Positions 1 to 9,573 of a stretch of 32,000 nt of DNA are shown here, one piece after another. The translations under genes were made by a program, and so were the position numbers. The DNA comes from Capsulimonadaceae bacterium (lineage in GTDB: Bacteria; Armatimonadota; Armatimonadia; Armatimonadales; Capsulimonadaceae): positions 5,403,218 through 5,435,217 of the forward strand of contig OZ244065.1 in NCBI GenBank assembly GCA_965215505.1, written 5' to 3'. The first letter of the stretch is position 1; each line of letters opens with the position of its first letter. Below the pieces are notes generated by a model that worked only from the letters and a program-made list of their open reading frames with translations, searched no databases and was not told the DNA's origin.

Positions 1-2
1 AG

Positions 3-2045
3 GCGGCACGGATCGTCACCCTCGCCTGCGCCGACCTGCGCGGCGGCACGGGGCATGATGTGTTCGCCGAATATGACGGCACCCTGAACGCGCTGGTCGC
101 ATGGAACGCCTCCTCACCCGATTGGGTGCGGGTCGTCGGCTGCTCGGACGCGCCGGATAGCTACGAGACGACGCTCGACTACGGCAAGGTGGTTTCCAAT
201 TCCGACCCTGGCGCGCTGTCCGACAAGACCGACGCGCCGACCGACCCGCTGGGCCTCTTCCGGCACACGCGCGAGATCGGGCCGGGCCTGACCGCCCGCT
301 TCTACTACCGACTGTCGTTCGGGGTAGGGCGGGATGAGGCCCTCGCGAACTACCGCGCCTGTCCGGACGCCGACGAATCGCTGGCTCTGACGAAGGCACA
401 CTATGACGAAGCCTTGTGCCGGTCCGTCCTGCTGACGCCGAACCCGCAGGTCAACCGGGGCGTCCTGTGGGCCAAGGCCAACATGATGCGGACGCTGGCA
501 AAAGCGCAGAAGGGCTGGGCCTTCGTCAACGACCCCACCCGCAGCAACAACAGCGTCGGGCGGGACACGGCCTGGTTCGCCTTCGGCGGCGACTACCTCA
601 ACCCCGCCTTCGTCCGCGAGTCGCTGCTGGCCTATGTCCACAACCAGGAGGACAGCGGCAAGGTCGTTGAGTATTACGACATCCGCACCGGCAAGACCGC
701 CGACTACGACCTGAACGTCAACGACAACACGCCGCTGCTGGTCCTGGCCTTGTGGCACCACTACAACACGACTGGCGATGAAGGTTTCCTGAAGGAGATC
801 TACCCCGCCGCCGCCAAGGCCGTGCGCTACCTGCTTTCCCAGCGCAATGACAAGGGCCTGGTCTGGTGTACGGCGACCGGGACGTCCGACTGGGGCATCA
901 TCGGGTGGCGCAACGTCATCACGAACTACCGCATTTCGGGCGCGAGTACCGAGGTCAACTCGGAGTGCCATGCCGCCCTGCTGACCGCCTCGCACATGGC
1001 GCGCGTCCTGGACAAACACGACGAGAGCGCGGAGTTCGCCGGAGAAGCCGAGGCGCTGAAAACCGCTATCAACACGCACTTGAAGAACCCCGGCAACGGT
1101 CTGTACTACTTGAACATTGACGTAGATGGGTTCCCGCGCTCCAACGTCACCTCCGACCTCGTGTTCCCGGTCATGTTCGGCGTCGCCGACGAGCAGACGT
1201 CCGCCCAGATCATCGGCCGGCTGTCCGACGCCGACTTCTGGACCGAGGCCGGCATCCGCACCACCCCGCGCGATGCCGCCGATTACGACCCCGATGGCAG
1301 CAACAACGGACCCTACGGGCTTTTGGGCGGCGTCTGGCTCGGCTGCTCCTTCTGGTTCGCCTTCGCCGCCGCCCGCTACAACCCCGAGTTCATGGACCGG
1401 GCTTTGTCCGACTCGTTCCAGAACTTCTCCACCGACCCGCGCCGCAACAACACCGTGCCCGGCCAGTTCTCCGAATGGCTTCACGGCGAAACCCTGACCA
1501 ACTCGGGCATGATGCTCTCCCCCTGGGACCCCCCGCGCTACCTGTGGGCCGCCGTCGAGGGCGTCGGCGGCGTGGACCCCTCCGGCAACGGCGTGACGCT
1601 CAAGCCGCGGCTCTCCAACGACTGGAAGTGGCTGGGCCTCCAAAACCTGCCTTACCGGGGCAAGCGTCTGACCTACTTCGCCGTCCGCACGCCCAATCTG
1701 ACGCTCTACGCCAACTTCCACCCGCAGCAGCTAGAGCCGTGTCAGGCTTATGACGACGATATCAGCGACCAGGTCAAAGCCGGCCTCGACTCGGTCGTCT
1801 CCCTGGGCCTGCGCTCCGGCGACCGCCTGGCCCTGTTCGCCGGCAATACGAGCGAGCAGACCGTCAACACCTCCCTGCGCGTCGGCGTCCCCCTGTCCGG
1901 CGCGTACCGGGCGCGCGTCTACGAGAGCCTGCTGGGCGAGTGGGCCGACCACGGCCTGATCCCCGCCGACCAGCTCACGCGCGGCCATATTTTGAAGATC
2001 GAGCGCAAAGGCTTCACCGTGCTGGAACTGACGCAGGAGGTGTAG
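3..2045 (+). CDS. six-hairpin (alpha/alpha)6 glycoside hydrolase, amylo-alpha-1,6-glucosidase / glycogen-debranching-like (GDE_C-type); probably 5'-partial
   Basis: The ORF track starts at GTG 60, but the same frame is stop-free back to nt 3, so the N-terminus probably lies off-window. GDE_C-like motifs seen by eye: VGRDTAWFAFGGDY, NDNTPLLVLALWHHYNTTGD, STEVNSECHAAL, FWTEAGIRTTPRD..DYDP, GPYGLLGGVWLG. Stop TAG at 2043-2045. Confidence 0.75.
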   Translation, partial: AARIVTLACADLRGGTGHDVFAEYDGTLNALVAWNASSPDWVRVVGCSDAPDSYETTLDYGKVVSNSDPGALSDKTDAPTDPLGLFRHTREIGPGLTARFYYRLSFGVGRDEALANYRACPDADESLALTKAHYDEALCRSVLLTPNPQVNRGVLWAKANMMRTLAKAQKGWAFVNDPTRSNNSVGRDTAWFAFGGDYLNPAFVRESLLAYVHNQEDSGKVVEYYDIRTGKTADYDLNVNDNTPLLVLALWHHYNTTGDEGFLKEIYPAAAKAVRYLLSQRNDKGLVWCTATGTSDWGIIGWRNVITNYRISGASTEVNSECHAALLTASHMARVLDKHDESAEFAGEAEALKTAINTHLKNPGNGLYYLNIDVDGFPRSNVTSDLVFPVMFGVADEQTSAQIIGRLSDADFWTEAGIRTTPRDAADYDPDGSNNGPYGLLGGVWLGCSFWFAFAAARYNPEFMDRALSDSFQNFSTDPRRNNTVPGQFSEWLHGETLTNSGMMLSPWDPPRYLWAAVEGVGGVDPSGNGVTLKPRLSNDWKWLGLQNLPYRGKRLTYFAVRTPNLTLYANFHPQQLEPCQAYDDDISDQVKAGLDSVVSLGLRSGDRLALFAGNTSEQTVNTSLRVGVPLSGAYRARVYESLLGEWADHGLIPADQLTRGHILKIERKGFTVLELTQEV

Positions 2046-2128
2046 GGGCGCGGCAAGATAAGGAGGGCGCGGCAAGCAGCGCCCCTACATCCTGCCCCGT
2101 AGGGGCGAACCTTGTGTTCGCCCTTCTT
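2042..2128. repeat. two GTAG-headed palindromic (REP-like) units
   Basis: Unit 1 runs 2042-2088: GTAGGGGCGC...GCGCCCCTAC, a 10-bp stem whose GTAG head overlaps the TAG stop of the upstream gene. Unit 2 runs 2095-2128: ccccGTAGGGGCGAACcttgtGTTCGCCCttctt. Unit 2 is a 34/34 match to the reverse complement of 24602-24635. Confidence 0.85.
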
Positions 2129-2293
2129 TCTCCGTGTTCGCCCTCTCCCTCATGTCTGCCCCTCTGCCCTCGTTCATCCAGCTTTCCATGCCATGCCGGC
2201 AGGAATAGCCATGCCGGCAGGAATAGTCCCGTTGCGCGTGTAACTACCACCCATCTTTCTCCCGTACTGGAAGTCAATGAGGATCACCCAATC

Positions 2294-4426
2294 TTGAAAA
2301 ACCCAGCCCTCCTCGGCGCGCTCCTGGCCGCCGCCGTTTGCACGACCACAGGCCCCGGCGCGCGCGCGGAAACCCCGGTCAAGGCACCCGCCTCGCACGC
2401 CCCCTACGCCGCCCCGGTCGCCCCGATGGAGGCGCGCATCAGCGCCCTTCTCGGGAAGATGACGCAGGACGAGAAACTCAGCCTGCTGGCCTTCACCGGC
2501 CCCGCCGACGCGATGCACCTCAACACGCCGCCGGTGACGCGGCTGGGCATCCCCGCGCTGCGGACCTGTGACGCGCCCGAGGGCGTGCGCGAGGGGGTTT
2601 CCACGAGCTTCCCGATGGGGATCGTCATGGCCTCGACCTGGAACCCCGCCCTGATCGGGCAGGTCGGCGAAGCCATTGGGCAGGAGGCGAAGGCGAAGAA
2701 CCGGCAGGTGATCTACGGGCCGTGCGTCAACATCCACCGGACGCCGCAGAGTGGGCGTGACTACGAGAACTACAGCGAGGACCCGTTCCTGACCGCGCGC
2801 CTGGCCGTCGGCTACATCGAGGGGATGCAGAGCCAGGGGGTGGCGGCCTGCGTCAAGCACTTCGCCTGCAACAACCAGGAGACGCACCGGCACGACATTG
2901 ACGTCTTGGTGGACGAGCGCGCCCTGCACGAGATCTACCTACCCGCGTTTGAAGCCTCCATCAACGAGGCGCACGTCTGGACCCTGATGCCCGCCTTCAA
3001 CCACGTCAACGGACTGTGGATGGCCGAGAACAAGCCGCTGCTGACGGACCTGGTGAAGAACAAATGGGACTGGGACGGCCTGGTCATCTCGGACTGGGGC
3101 GCGGTCCACGAGACGACCCCCGCCGCGAACGCCGGGACCGACATCGAGATGCCCAAGCCGGAGCTTTTCACGCCCGAGGCGCTGGCCTACTCTTTGAAGA
3201 AAGGGGAGATCACGCAGGCCATCATTGACGACAAGGTACGCCGCATCCTGCGGACACTGGCCCGGACCGGCGCGCTGGACCCGTCGAAGCCCGTGGACGC
3301 CAAAGTGGTTGATAGCCCGTGGCACCGACTACTAGCCAAGAAGGTCGCCCAGCAAGGCATCACGCTGCTGAAGAACGAGGGCGGCCTGCTGCCGCTGGAC
3401 CGGACCAAGGTCAAATCCATCGCCGTCATCGGCCCGAACGGGGCCGACACGCAGCTCGGGGGCCGGTGGAGCGCCGACGTGGTGCCGTCCTATACCGTCA
3501 CCGTGCTGGACGGCATCAAGAAGGAACTGCCCGCCGGGGCCGCCGTCACCTCCGCCCAGGGCTGCCCGCGCACCAGCCCCGGCTCGGCTGACGCCCTGCG
3601 CGACGCGGTCGCGCTGGCCGCAAAGTCCGACGTCGCCGTCGTCGTGGTCGGCATGGACAAGGATTACGAGGGGGAGGAGCTGGACCCGCCGAGCCTGTAC
3701 CTGCCGGGCGACCAGGATAAGCTGATCCAGGCGGTCAGCGCCGTCAACAAGAACACCATCGTTGTCTTGAACAACGGCAGCCCGATCCTGATGGACAAAT
3801 GGATCGGGAAGGTGCCCGGCCTGGTCGAGGCGTGGTATGCGGGCCAGGAAACCGGGACGGCGGTGGCGGAGATCCTGTTCGGCGACGTCAACCCGTCCGG
3901 CAAGCTGCCGGACACCCTGGCCTCGCGGCGCGAGGACTATTCGGACTGGGGCAACTACCCCGGAAACGGCACCACCGTGAACTACGCCGAGGGCCTCTAC
4001 GTCGGCTACCGGCACTTCGACCGGGACAAGATCGCCCCCCTGTTCCCATTCGGCTTCGGCCTGTCCTACACCACCTTCGGCTACAGCGGCCTGGCCGTAC
4101 CGAAGACCGTGGCACACGGGCGGACGGCGACGGTGCGCGTGACGGTGCAGAACACTGGCAAGCGCGCGGGCGACGAAGTCGCGCAGCTCTACATCCGCCC
4201 CCTCGCCTCCGCCGTCGCCCGGCCCGTCCGGGAGCTGAAAGGCTTCGCCCGCGTCACGCTCCAGCCCGGCGAAAAGGCCGTCCTCTCGTTCCCGCTGGAC
4301 ACCCGCGCATTCTCTTACTGGGATACGACCGCGCACGCCTGGCGTGCGGACCCCGGCACTTACGCGGTCGAGGTCGGTTCCTCATCCCGCGACCTGCGGG
4401 CACAGGGGGTCGTGAAACTACAGTAG
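2294..4426 (+). CDS. secreted glycoside hydrolase family 3 beta-glucosidase-like enzyme with C-terminal FnIII-like domain
   Basis: GH3 hallmarks: KMTQDEKLSLL, RLGIPAL, GRDYENYSEDPFL, KHFACNNQE, nucleophile context GLVISDWGAV, and a C-terminal ELKGFARVTLQPGEK module. Start placed at the in-frame TTG at 2294, which gives the signal peptide MKNPALLGALLAAAVCTTTGPGARA. The ORF-track start at 1940 would read through a repeat-filled intergenic region. The start is less certain than the gene call. Confidence 0.88.
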   Translation: MKNPALLGALLAAAVCTTTGPGARAETPVKAPASHAPYAAPVAPMEARISALLGKMTQDEKLSLLAFTGPADAMHLNTPPVTRLGIPALRTCDAPEGVREGVSTSFPMGIVMASTWNPALIGQVGEAIGQEAKAKNRQVIYGPCVNIHRTPQSGRDYENYSEDPFLTARLAVGYIEGMQSQGVAACVKHFACNNQETHRHDIDVLVDERALHEIYLPAFEASINEAHVWTLMPAFNHVNGLWMAENKPLLTDLVKNKWDWDGLVISDWGAVHETTPAANAGTDIEMPKPELFTPEALAYSLKKGEITQAIIDDKVRRILRTLARTGALDPSKPVDAKVVDSPWHRLLAKKVAQQGITLLKNEGGLLPLDRTKVKSIAVIGPNGADTQLGGRWSADVVPSYTVTVLDGIKKELPAGAAVTSAQGCPRTSPGSADALRDAVALAAKSDVAVVVVGMDKDYEGEELDPPSLYLPGDQDKLIQAVSAVNKNTIVVLNNGSPILMDKWIGKVPGLVEAWYAGQETGTAVAEILFGDVNPSGKLPDTLASRREDYSDWGNYPGNGTTVNYAEGLYVGYRHFDRDKIAPLFPFGFGLSYTTFGYSGLAVPKTVAHGRTATVRVTVQNTGKRAGDEVAQLYIRPLASAVARPVRELKGFARVTLQPGEKAVLSFPLDTRAFSYWDTTAHAWRADPGTYAVEVGSSSRDLRAQGVVKLQ

Positions 4427-4461
4427 CGCCGGATGCTGAGGTTTCAGCGCGTGAGGAGGTT

Positions 4462-6942
4462 TCAGCGCGCGAGGCGGAGGATGGTATACGAGTTCGCCGG
4501 GAAGGCGTAAGCGAACTTCGTGCCCGCCGTCCTGATCACTGCCTCGCGCGTGCGGGTCGTCTCCAGGCCGTCGGGCGGGTTGACGGCCTGCGGGTCCCCT
4601 GCTAAAGTCCACGCCTGCGCCGACGCCCGGCACCCCGCAAACCCTGCCAGGGAGAGGACCGTCCGGCGAGGCGCGGCACCGGGATTGACGACACTGAGGG
4701 TTAGTGTCTTCCCGTCCCGGCTGCGTGTCGCGGTCACGTCCAGATCGCCCCCGCCCTCAACGCTGCTCTGCACAAGCAGGGGCAGGCTGTTCCGGGACGC
4801 CATCTGCTGTGCGTAGTAAGGCGGCATGGCCCAGACATGGTCCGGTGTAAAGAATATCTGCCCCTGGTCCCATCCGTTGTCATTCTGCCGCCACGGCTGC
4901 AAGCAGTTCGCCGGGCAGTCTGCCAAGACGAAGTCCCCATGCCTTCGCACCGCGTTCAGTACGGAAGCATGGCCGAGGGCGCGCTGCATGTCGTGCAGGC
5001 TGCCGTTCTCCTCGAAGATGACGGCGTGCATGGCTGTCCCAAGAACCCACTCCTCGAACCTGCGCTGCATCCGTGTCAACTGCTCGTCAACACCCGCCCC
5101 GGAGCGCACATCGTCCGCCCCGACATGGAGGTCCCAGCAGGCACATTCGCCGTTGATCGCCTTGAACACCTTTTCCACACTGGGCGAGTCCGGACGCCAC
5201 CAGGCCGCGCAGACCAGATTGAGGCGGGAGTCCCGCCCGTGCATCGCTCTGGCGAGCTGCATGAACCGGTCGCTGTAGTGAGCGTAAGCCGCCGGGTCGT
5301 CTCCTCCGAGGACTTCCTCGTTGCCGATCTCGATATAGCGTACATGGTAAGGACGCGGGTGTCCGCCGTCGGCGCGCTTCTTCCCCCATACGGTTGTGGC
5401 GGGGCCATTCACATAATCTACGAGGTCCGCCGCGTCCTGCGGCGTTTCTTCCGCGTTGATGGCGAACGCCGACTCGATGCGGCCCGCCTCGCAGAAGTTC
5501 AGGAAGTCCACGATGCCGAAGCCGTTGGTCGAATACGGATACCAATGTCCCGCATAAGGCGGACGCCGGTCTGGTCCGCCGACCATGTTCTTCCAGCGGT
5601 AGCCGGGTGCGTTGACCATCGTGCCGCCGTAGCGCAGGAACGTCACACCTCCCCGGACTAAAGCATCGGCAATATCTGCGCGGATCGGCAGGCCGTGAAA
5701 TCGCTCTGCCCCGACCCCCATCAGCACCGCCTGGTCGGCCCAAAGAGTTCCGGGGCGGTCGATCCAGACAGCAAAGCGTGCGCTCCTATCCGAAGCGTCC
5801 GATGTCAAGGTGAACGGATACTTCGCCCAATCACCTGTGATGTGGCGGAAGGCACGCGCCGCATAAGTCCTCTTCCCATCCGCGCTCTGCAAAGCGACGG
5901 TGACGGGGCCTTGCAGACCCCGGGCGCGGAAGTAAATTCGTCCCGCGAAGGTCTGCCCCTGTTTGACGGCGATCCCCCAGCGATTCAAGCCCCGGTTGGC
6001 GATTCCCGCCCGGCCCGTTCCAGGCCCATGCTGTATGCGTTGGCAGTACGCCCCGTTAAACGGGCGGCTGTCGTCATGCAGGAAGTTTGCCGCCGCACCC
6101 CCCGTCTGGATGGCGTCCCACCGGCCGCTGACGGAATAACCCGGCAGCGCCTGGAACGGACTTTGGATCACGGCCCGCCCGGTCTGGATGCGTATGTTCT
6201 GATAGCCGGCCTCCGCATTCCAGGTACGCAGGGCCATCCTGCCGGTGAGGATGGGAGCGTCCGTGTCAGTGAAGTCAATGGAAGGGAGGGTGCTGCCCCC
6301 CTCAAAGATGCGTACCCTCGGGCCTTCCAGGACGACCCGCAGGTGATGCCATCGGCCCGCCTCGATGCGCGCCGCCACCGACTCCAGCGGCCGCCAGTCC
6401 TGCCGGTGCTTGCCCAGGATGAGCTGCTGGCTGCTCGCGCTCAGGCTGACCTCGTACCCGGTGAAACTGTCCGCGCCGACGGCGGGGTGCTGGACGCGCA
6501 CGAGCAGCCCGGCATTCCCTCCTCCCGTCCCTGGCATCTCGATGTCGGCCTCGACGGTCCCGTCCGCAAAGTCCGGCCCGTCCCACACCAGCTTCCCACC
6601 CGGATCGGCGGCGACCCGGCAGGCCCGCCCGTCCGCCCGCCACGCGCCGCCGTATGCCGTCCAGCCCGCGAAATTCGTTGCCGCCGGTGGCTCCTCAAAA
6701 CCCTCCCCGAACAGCTTCTGGTCGTACAGGCCGCCATAGATCTCGTGATTGACGTCCTCGATGCATGAACCGTATAGCCAGGGGGTGACGTGGTTGATGA
6801 CGTGCCCGGCGTCTACCATGATGTGGGTTTCCTGGCATCGAGCGGGGGCAGGGACAGCAAGCGCGGCAAACGCCAGGGCCGCGAGGCAAAAAACTTTAAC
6901 TGCCCACTCCCCTGCCGCCTCCTGACACGCGCTCCCCCTCAT
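4462..6942 (-). CDS. secreted GH51-like (alpha-L-arabinofuranosidase-like, clan GH-A) glycoside hydrolase with inserted DUF1080/LamG-like lectin module
   Basis: Signal peptide (..VKVFCLAALAFAALAVPAPA). GH51-type N-terminus LYGSCIEDVNHEIYGGLYDQ. Lectin-like insert GWTAYGGAWRADG...GYEVSLS...WHHLRVVLEG. Catalytic core FLRYGGTMVN, YIEIGNEE, VIFEENGS. C-terminal beta-sandwich PPYYAQQMASR...LDVTATRSRDGKTLTLSVVN...NSYTILRL. ATG 6942 overlaps the upstream stop (ATGA) and has GGGAG about 6 nt upstream. Confidence 0.85.
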   Translation of the reverse strand: MRGSACQEAAGEWAVKVFCLAALAFAALAVPAPARCQETHIMVDAGHVINHVTPWLYGSCIEDVNHEIYGGLYDQKLFGEGFEEPPAATNFAGWTAYGGAWRADGRACRVAADPGGKLVWDGPDFADGTVEADIEMPGTGGGNAGLLVRVQHPAVGADSFTGYEVSLSASSQQLILGKHRQDWRPLESVAARIEAGRWHHLRVVLEGPRVRIFEGGSTLPSIDFTDTDAPILTGRMALRTWNAEAGYQNIRIQTGRAVIQSPFQALPGYSVSGRWDAIQTGGAAANFLHDDSRPFNGAYCQRIQHGPGTGRAGIANRGLNRWGIAVKQGQTFAGRIYFRARGLQGPVTVALQSADGKRTYAARAFRHITGDWAKYPFTLTSDASDRSARFAVWIDRPGTLWADQAVLMGVGAERFHGLPIRADIADALVRGGVTFLRYGGTMVNAPGYRWKNMVGGPDRRPPYAGHWYPYSTNGFGIVDFLNFCEAGRIESAFAINAEETPQDAADLVDYVNGPATTVWGKKRADGGHPRPYHVRYIEIGNEEVLGGDDPAAYAHYSDRFMQLARAMHGRDSRLNLVCAAWWRPDSPSVEKVFKAINGECACWDLHVGADDVRSGAGVDEQLTRMQRRFEEWVLGTAMHAVIFEENGSLHDMQRALGHASVLNAVRRHGDFVLADCPANCLQPWRQNDNGWDQGQIFFTPDHVWAMPPYYAQQMASRNSLPLLVQSSVEGGGDLDVTATRSRDGKTLTLSVVNPGAAPRRTVLSLAGFAGCRASAQAWTLAGDPQAVNPPDGLETTRTREAVIRTAGTKFAYAFPANSYTILRLAR

Positions 6943-8519
6943 GGTTCCGCTCCCTGCTGGAGATCATTCGGCTGCGCCCATGGGGCGGTCCGCAGAACGG
7001 CCCGCATGGCGTCCGGCGTCATGCCCAGCTTATCCGCATTGGTCACCACGTCGCCGAGGTCTACGCCGTACCAGTTACGCTTGTGCGGGTCGGCCAGCCC
7101 GGCGACGTTCAGGCAGGCGATCTCGTCCGCGACCTGGGCACTGAAGCCGGGCCCCGCCGCTCCCCGCCGGACCCGCGCTGCCGCACACCGCAGGTTAGGC
7201 CCAAATTCAGCGTGGCCGGAGGCCAGGAAGCGGGTAACGAGGTGGGGTCGTTCCAACCGCCGGGCCATCTCGCTGTAGCTGGCCGCCGCGAAGTAGAACT
7301 GCGACAGGGCGGCGAAGATGGGGAAACGCGGCATGGCCGCGTAGCAGGCCCCGATGAAGTCCGCCGTCGCGTCCGCCTCTTGCAGTGTCAGTGCGCCGTA
7401 CTCCGCAAGCCTCGTCCCTAGCGTCTCCGTGTCCCAAGTTTCCTCGAAAATGCGCCCCAGGCGCTCGACGCCAAGCAGGGTGAGTGGAATGCCGGTGCTG
7501 AACAGCGGGTCCACGAAGGCCGCCGCCGAGGGCAGCAGCGCCCAACCCGACCCGGCGGCGGTGGGCGCGCGGTATGCGATTCGGGGCGTGTGGGTGAAGG
7601 GCCGCATCGGCACGGCCTCGGCGAACTGCGCGCCAACGGACGGGAATCGTGCCAGGAATCGACACCAGGCTGGCTCGCCTTCCGCTAGGTTTAGCTCTGC
7701 CGCCAGCGCACCCGTGACGGCGATGCCCGCACTCGTGACACCCGTGTCAAAGCGCAGTATCCACATCCATCCGCCCTCAAAGACATGATGCACGGCGGCA
7801 TCGTCGGCGGGGTAGGGGGGCGTGTCTGGATGCGAGAACTCCGGCATCGTGTCGCACCGCCGGACGCCGGCGAAGTGGGAGTAGAGGCTCTGCGTGGCCG
7901 GGTATTCGGCGAAGCCGGCTTCGGGCAGGCCGAGCGCCCTGCTCAGAAACCCGCGTGGCCCCGTCGCATCTATGACCAGCCGCGTCCGCACGGCGAACGC
8001 CTCCCCGGCTCGCTCCCCGGCCACCGTCGCCGTGCCGTCGCCGTGCCACACGGGCGCTGTCAGCGTCACCCCGTCCCAATACTCCGCCCCGACGCCGACC
8101 GCCTCACCCACCAGGAACTCATCCACATCGGCCCGCAGCCAGTGCGTGTCCGCCGCCTCATCGTGCGGGCTGGCCGCGACCATGAGCTGGTCGCTCCGGT
8201 CCGGCGTAGCCCGAAATGCCTGCCCCTGCTCGTGGTGGAAATAAGTAAAACCGCGCTTCAGCCCACAGCCGACATGTGGGTAGGCGCGCTGCCACGGCCC
8301 ATACGCGGACAGCGGCAGCAGGCGGGGGAGGTCATAGCGCGTGGCGAGCTGTTCCAGAAGCAGGTTCGCGAGCGGGGAAGTAGACTCGCCGATGGCGAAG
8401 CGCGGGTGTTTGCCCTTTTCGAGCAGTAGCACGGACAGGCCGATGCGGCGGGCGACCATCGCCAATAGCGAGCCGCCGTAGCCGGAGCCGATGATCGTCA
8501 GGTCATAGTCGGTGTTCAT
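6939..8519 (-). CDS. FAD-dependent oxidoreductase of the flavin-dependent halogenase / geranylgeranyl-reductase-like superfamily
   Basis: N-terminal dinucleotide fold DLTIIGSGYGGSLLA..LLLEKGKHPRFAIGEST.P, as in PltA/CmlS-type halogenases. Partial WxWxIP-type motif EGGWMWILRF. Lies 13 nt downstream of the radical SAM stop. Confidence 0.8.
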   Translation of the reverse strand: MNTDYDLTIIGSGYGGSLLAMVARRIGLSVLLLEKGKHPRFAIGESTSPLANLLLEQLATRYDLPRLLPLSAYGPWQRAYPHVGCGLKRGFTYFHHEQGQAFRATPDRSDQLMVAASPHDEAADTHWLRADVDEFLVGEAVGVGAEYWDGVTLTAPVWHGDGTATVAGERAGEAFAVRTRLVIDATGPRGFLSRALGLPEAGFAEYPATQSLYSHFAGVRRCDTMPEFSHPDTPPYPADDAAVHHVFEGGWMWILRFDTGVTSAGIAVTGALAAELNLAEGEPAWCRFLARFPSVGAQFAEAVPMRPFTHTPRIAYRAPTAAGSGWALLPSAAAFVDPLFSTGIPLTLLGVERLGRIFEETWDTETLGTRLAEYGALTLQEADATADFIGACYAAMPRFPIFAALSQFYFAAASYSEMARRLERPHLVTRFLASGHAEFGPNLRCAAARVRRGAAGPGFSAQVADEIACLNVAGLADPHKRNWYGVDLGDVVTNADKLGMTPDAMRAVLRTAPWAQPNDLQQGAEP

Positions 8520-8532
8520 GGCGCGCGCCGTT

Positions 8533-9573
8533 CTAATTAAGCCTTCGTACAGAAGGGCGGGGGCCCTCCCCTACGCCGCCCGTGTAGGGGCGCGATTCAT
8601 CGCGCCCTCTTGTCTCATCTTCCGCCTGTTCACACTCCGCGCATACCACCAGCGGTGGCACCTGCTGCGTCCGGTTCATCCCGGCCAGCCGCGCCGCGCG
8701 GGCTGGGGAGCAGGCGCAGGTGTAAAACTTCTCGATGTCCCACAGGTCGGCGAAGACGCAGCCCCGTTTTAGCCCAAGGCCGTATTCCTGCACCGCTTCC
8801 AGCGAGGGCAGGGTCGGCGGGGAGTAGTCGCCCGAGGCGGCCAGCGCCTCCATCGCGCCGTTCCCGGCCCGTGTCGGGATGACGCAGCAGACGGACGCGC
8901 CGCCTTCAAAGGCAGCGTCGAGGGAGCGTTTGGCCCAAATGATGCCCTCGGCTTCGGTCAGGAACGGGGGGCGCAGGAGCAGGAAGACGCGCAGGGCGAT
9001 GTCATTATCGGCAAGGAAGGCCGCCGCGCGCTCAAAGTCCGCGACGGTGAACCGCTTGTTCAGCCGGGCCAGGACGTCCGGGTGAACCGTTTCCAGGCCG
9101 ACGGCGACTTCCAGACGCGCGGCCAGCAGATCACGGAAGCGCAGGCAGTGGTCGCCCAGCAGGGCGGGATGGCACTCGACGACCACGCGCTCGAAGCCGC
9201 GCACGGCCTCGGCGATCTCGGCGTAGTCTTCGGGCGGGACGGCCTGCGGGTCGAAGAAGCTGCCCGCGTTGTAGAGCTTGACCTGCCGCGCAGGCGGCAG
9301 CCGGTCGAGCGCATAACGGATTTGCGCGGCGATGGCCCCGCTCGGGACGCGGGTGTCCAGCGTGTTCTGCCATAGATCGCACATCAGGCACCGGTACGGG
9401 CACTCGCGGTTCGTCAGGAAGACCGTCGCCGTCGGGATGGTTCCCCCCAAAGGCCCCGCCTCCTCCTCCCACAAGAAGGCGTAGGAACGCATCGGGTCGA
9501 GCGCGTTCTTCGGGCCGCGCCTCCCAACAATCCAGCGGGTGCGCTCGCTCGGGGAGGCAGGATAGGCGGTCAT
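8533..9573 (-). CDS. radical SAM enzyme (Elp3-like / TIGR01210-RaSEA-like by eye)
   Basis: CxxxCxxC cluster motif in FLTNRECPYRCLMCDLW. KLYNAGSFFDPQAVPPED resembles the SGSFLD motif of the TIGR01210-type group. Start moved to ATG 9573, which forms an ATGA overlap with the upstream AsnB-like stop. The ORF-track start at 9705 would overlap that gene by 136 nt. The C-terminal tail (..RGRDESRPYTGGVGEG..) is translated from a REP-like repeat. Confidence 0.85.
   Translation of the reverse strand: MTAYPASPSERTRWIVGRRGPKNALDPMRSYAFLWEEEAGPLGGTIPTATVFLTNRECPYRCLMCDLWQNTLDTRVPSGAIAAQIRYALDRLPPARQVKLYNAGSFFDPQAVPPEDYAEIAEAVRGFERVVVECHPALLGDHCLRFRDLLAARLEVAVGLETVHPDVLARLNKRFTVADFERAAAFLADNDIALRVFLLLRPPFLTEAEGIIWAKRSLDAAFEGGASVCCVIPTRAGNGAMEALAASGDYSPPTLPSLEAVQEYGLGLKRGCVFADLWDIEKFYTCACSPARAARLAGMNRTQQVPPLVVCAECEQAEDETRGRDESRPYTGGVGEGPRPSVRRLN
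8568..8607. repeat. GTAG-headed palindromic (REP-like) unit
   Basis: CCCCTAC(8568-8574)...GTAGGGGCGCGAttcaTCGCGCCC (8584-8607). Overlaps the 3' end of the radical SAM ORF. Confidence 0.7.

Noticed and set aside
114-1721. 535-aa ORF antisense to the left-edge glycoside hydrolase.
   Set aside because: The composition is Arg/Gly/Val/Pro/Ala-rich with no recognisable motifs. It is the classic long antisense ORF of high-GC DNA. The opposite strand carries clear six-hairpin GH motifs.
2042-2226. Possible CRISPR array, suggested by hairpin repeats and tandem repeats.
   Set aside because: There are only two to three copies, with no regular repeat-spacer periodicity. The repeat units are 18-34 nt palindromes scattered across the window, and there are no cas genes. 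They fit REP-like elements better.
1940-2293. N-terminal extension of the GH3 ORF (828-aa version).
   Set aside because: The extension is translated from REP-like hairpins and 18-bp tandem repeats and overlaps the upstream gene. The TTG at 2294 gives a proper signal peptide directly before the GH3 domain.
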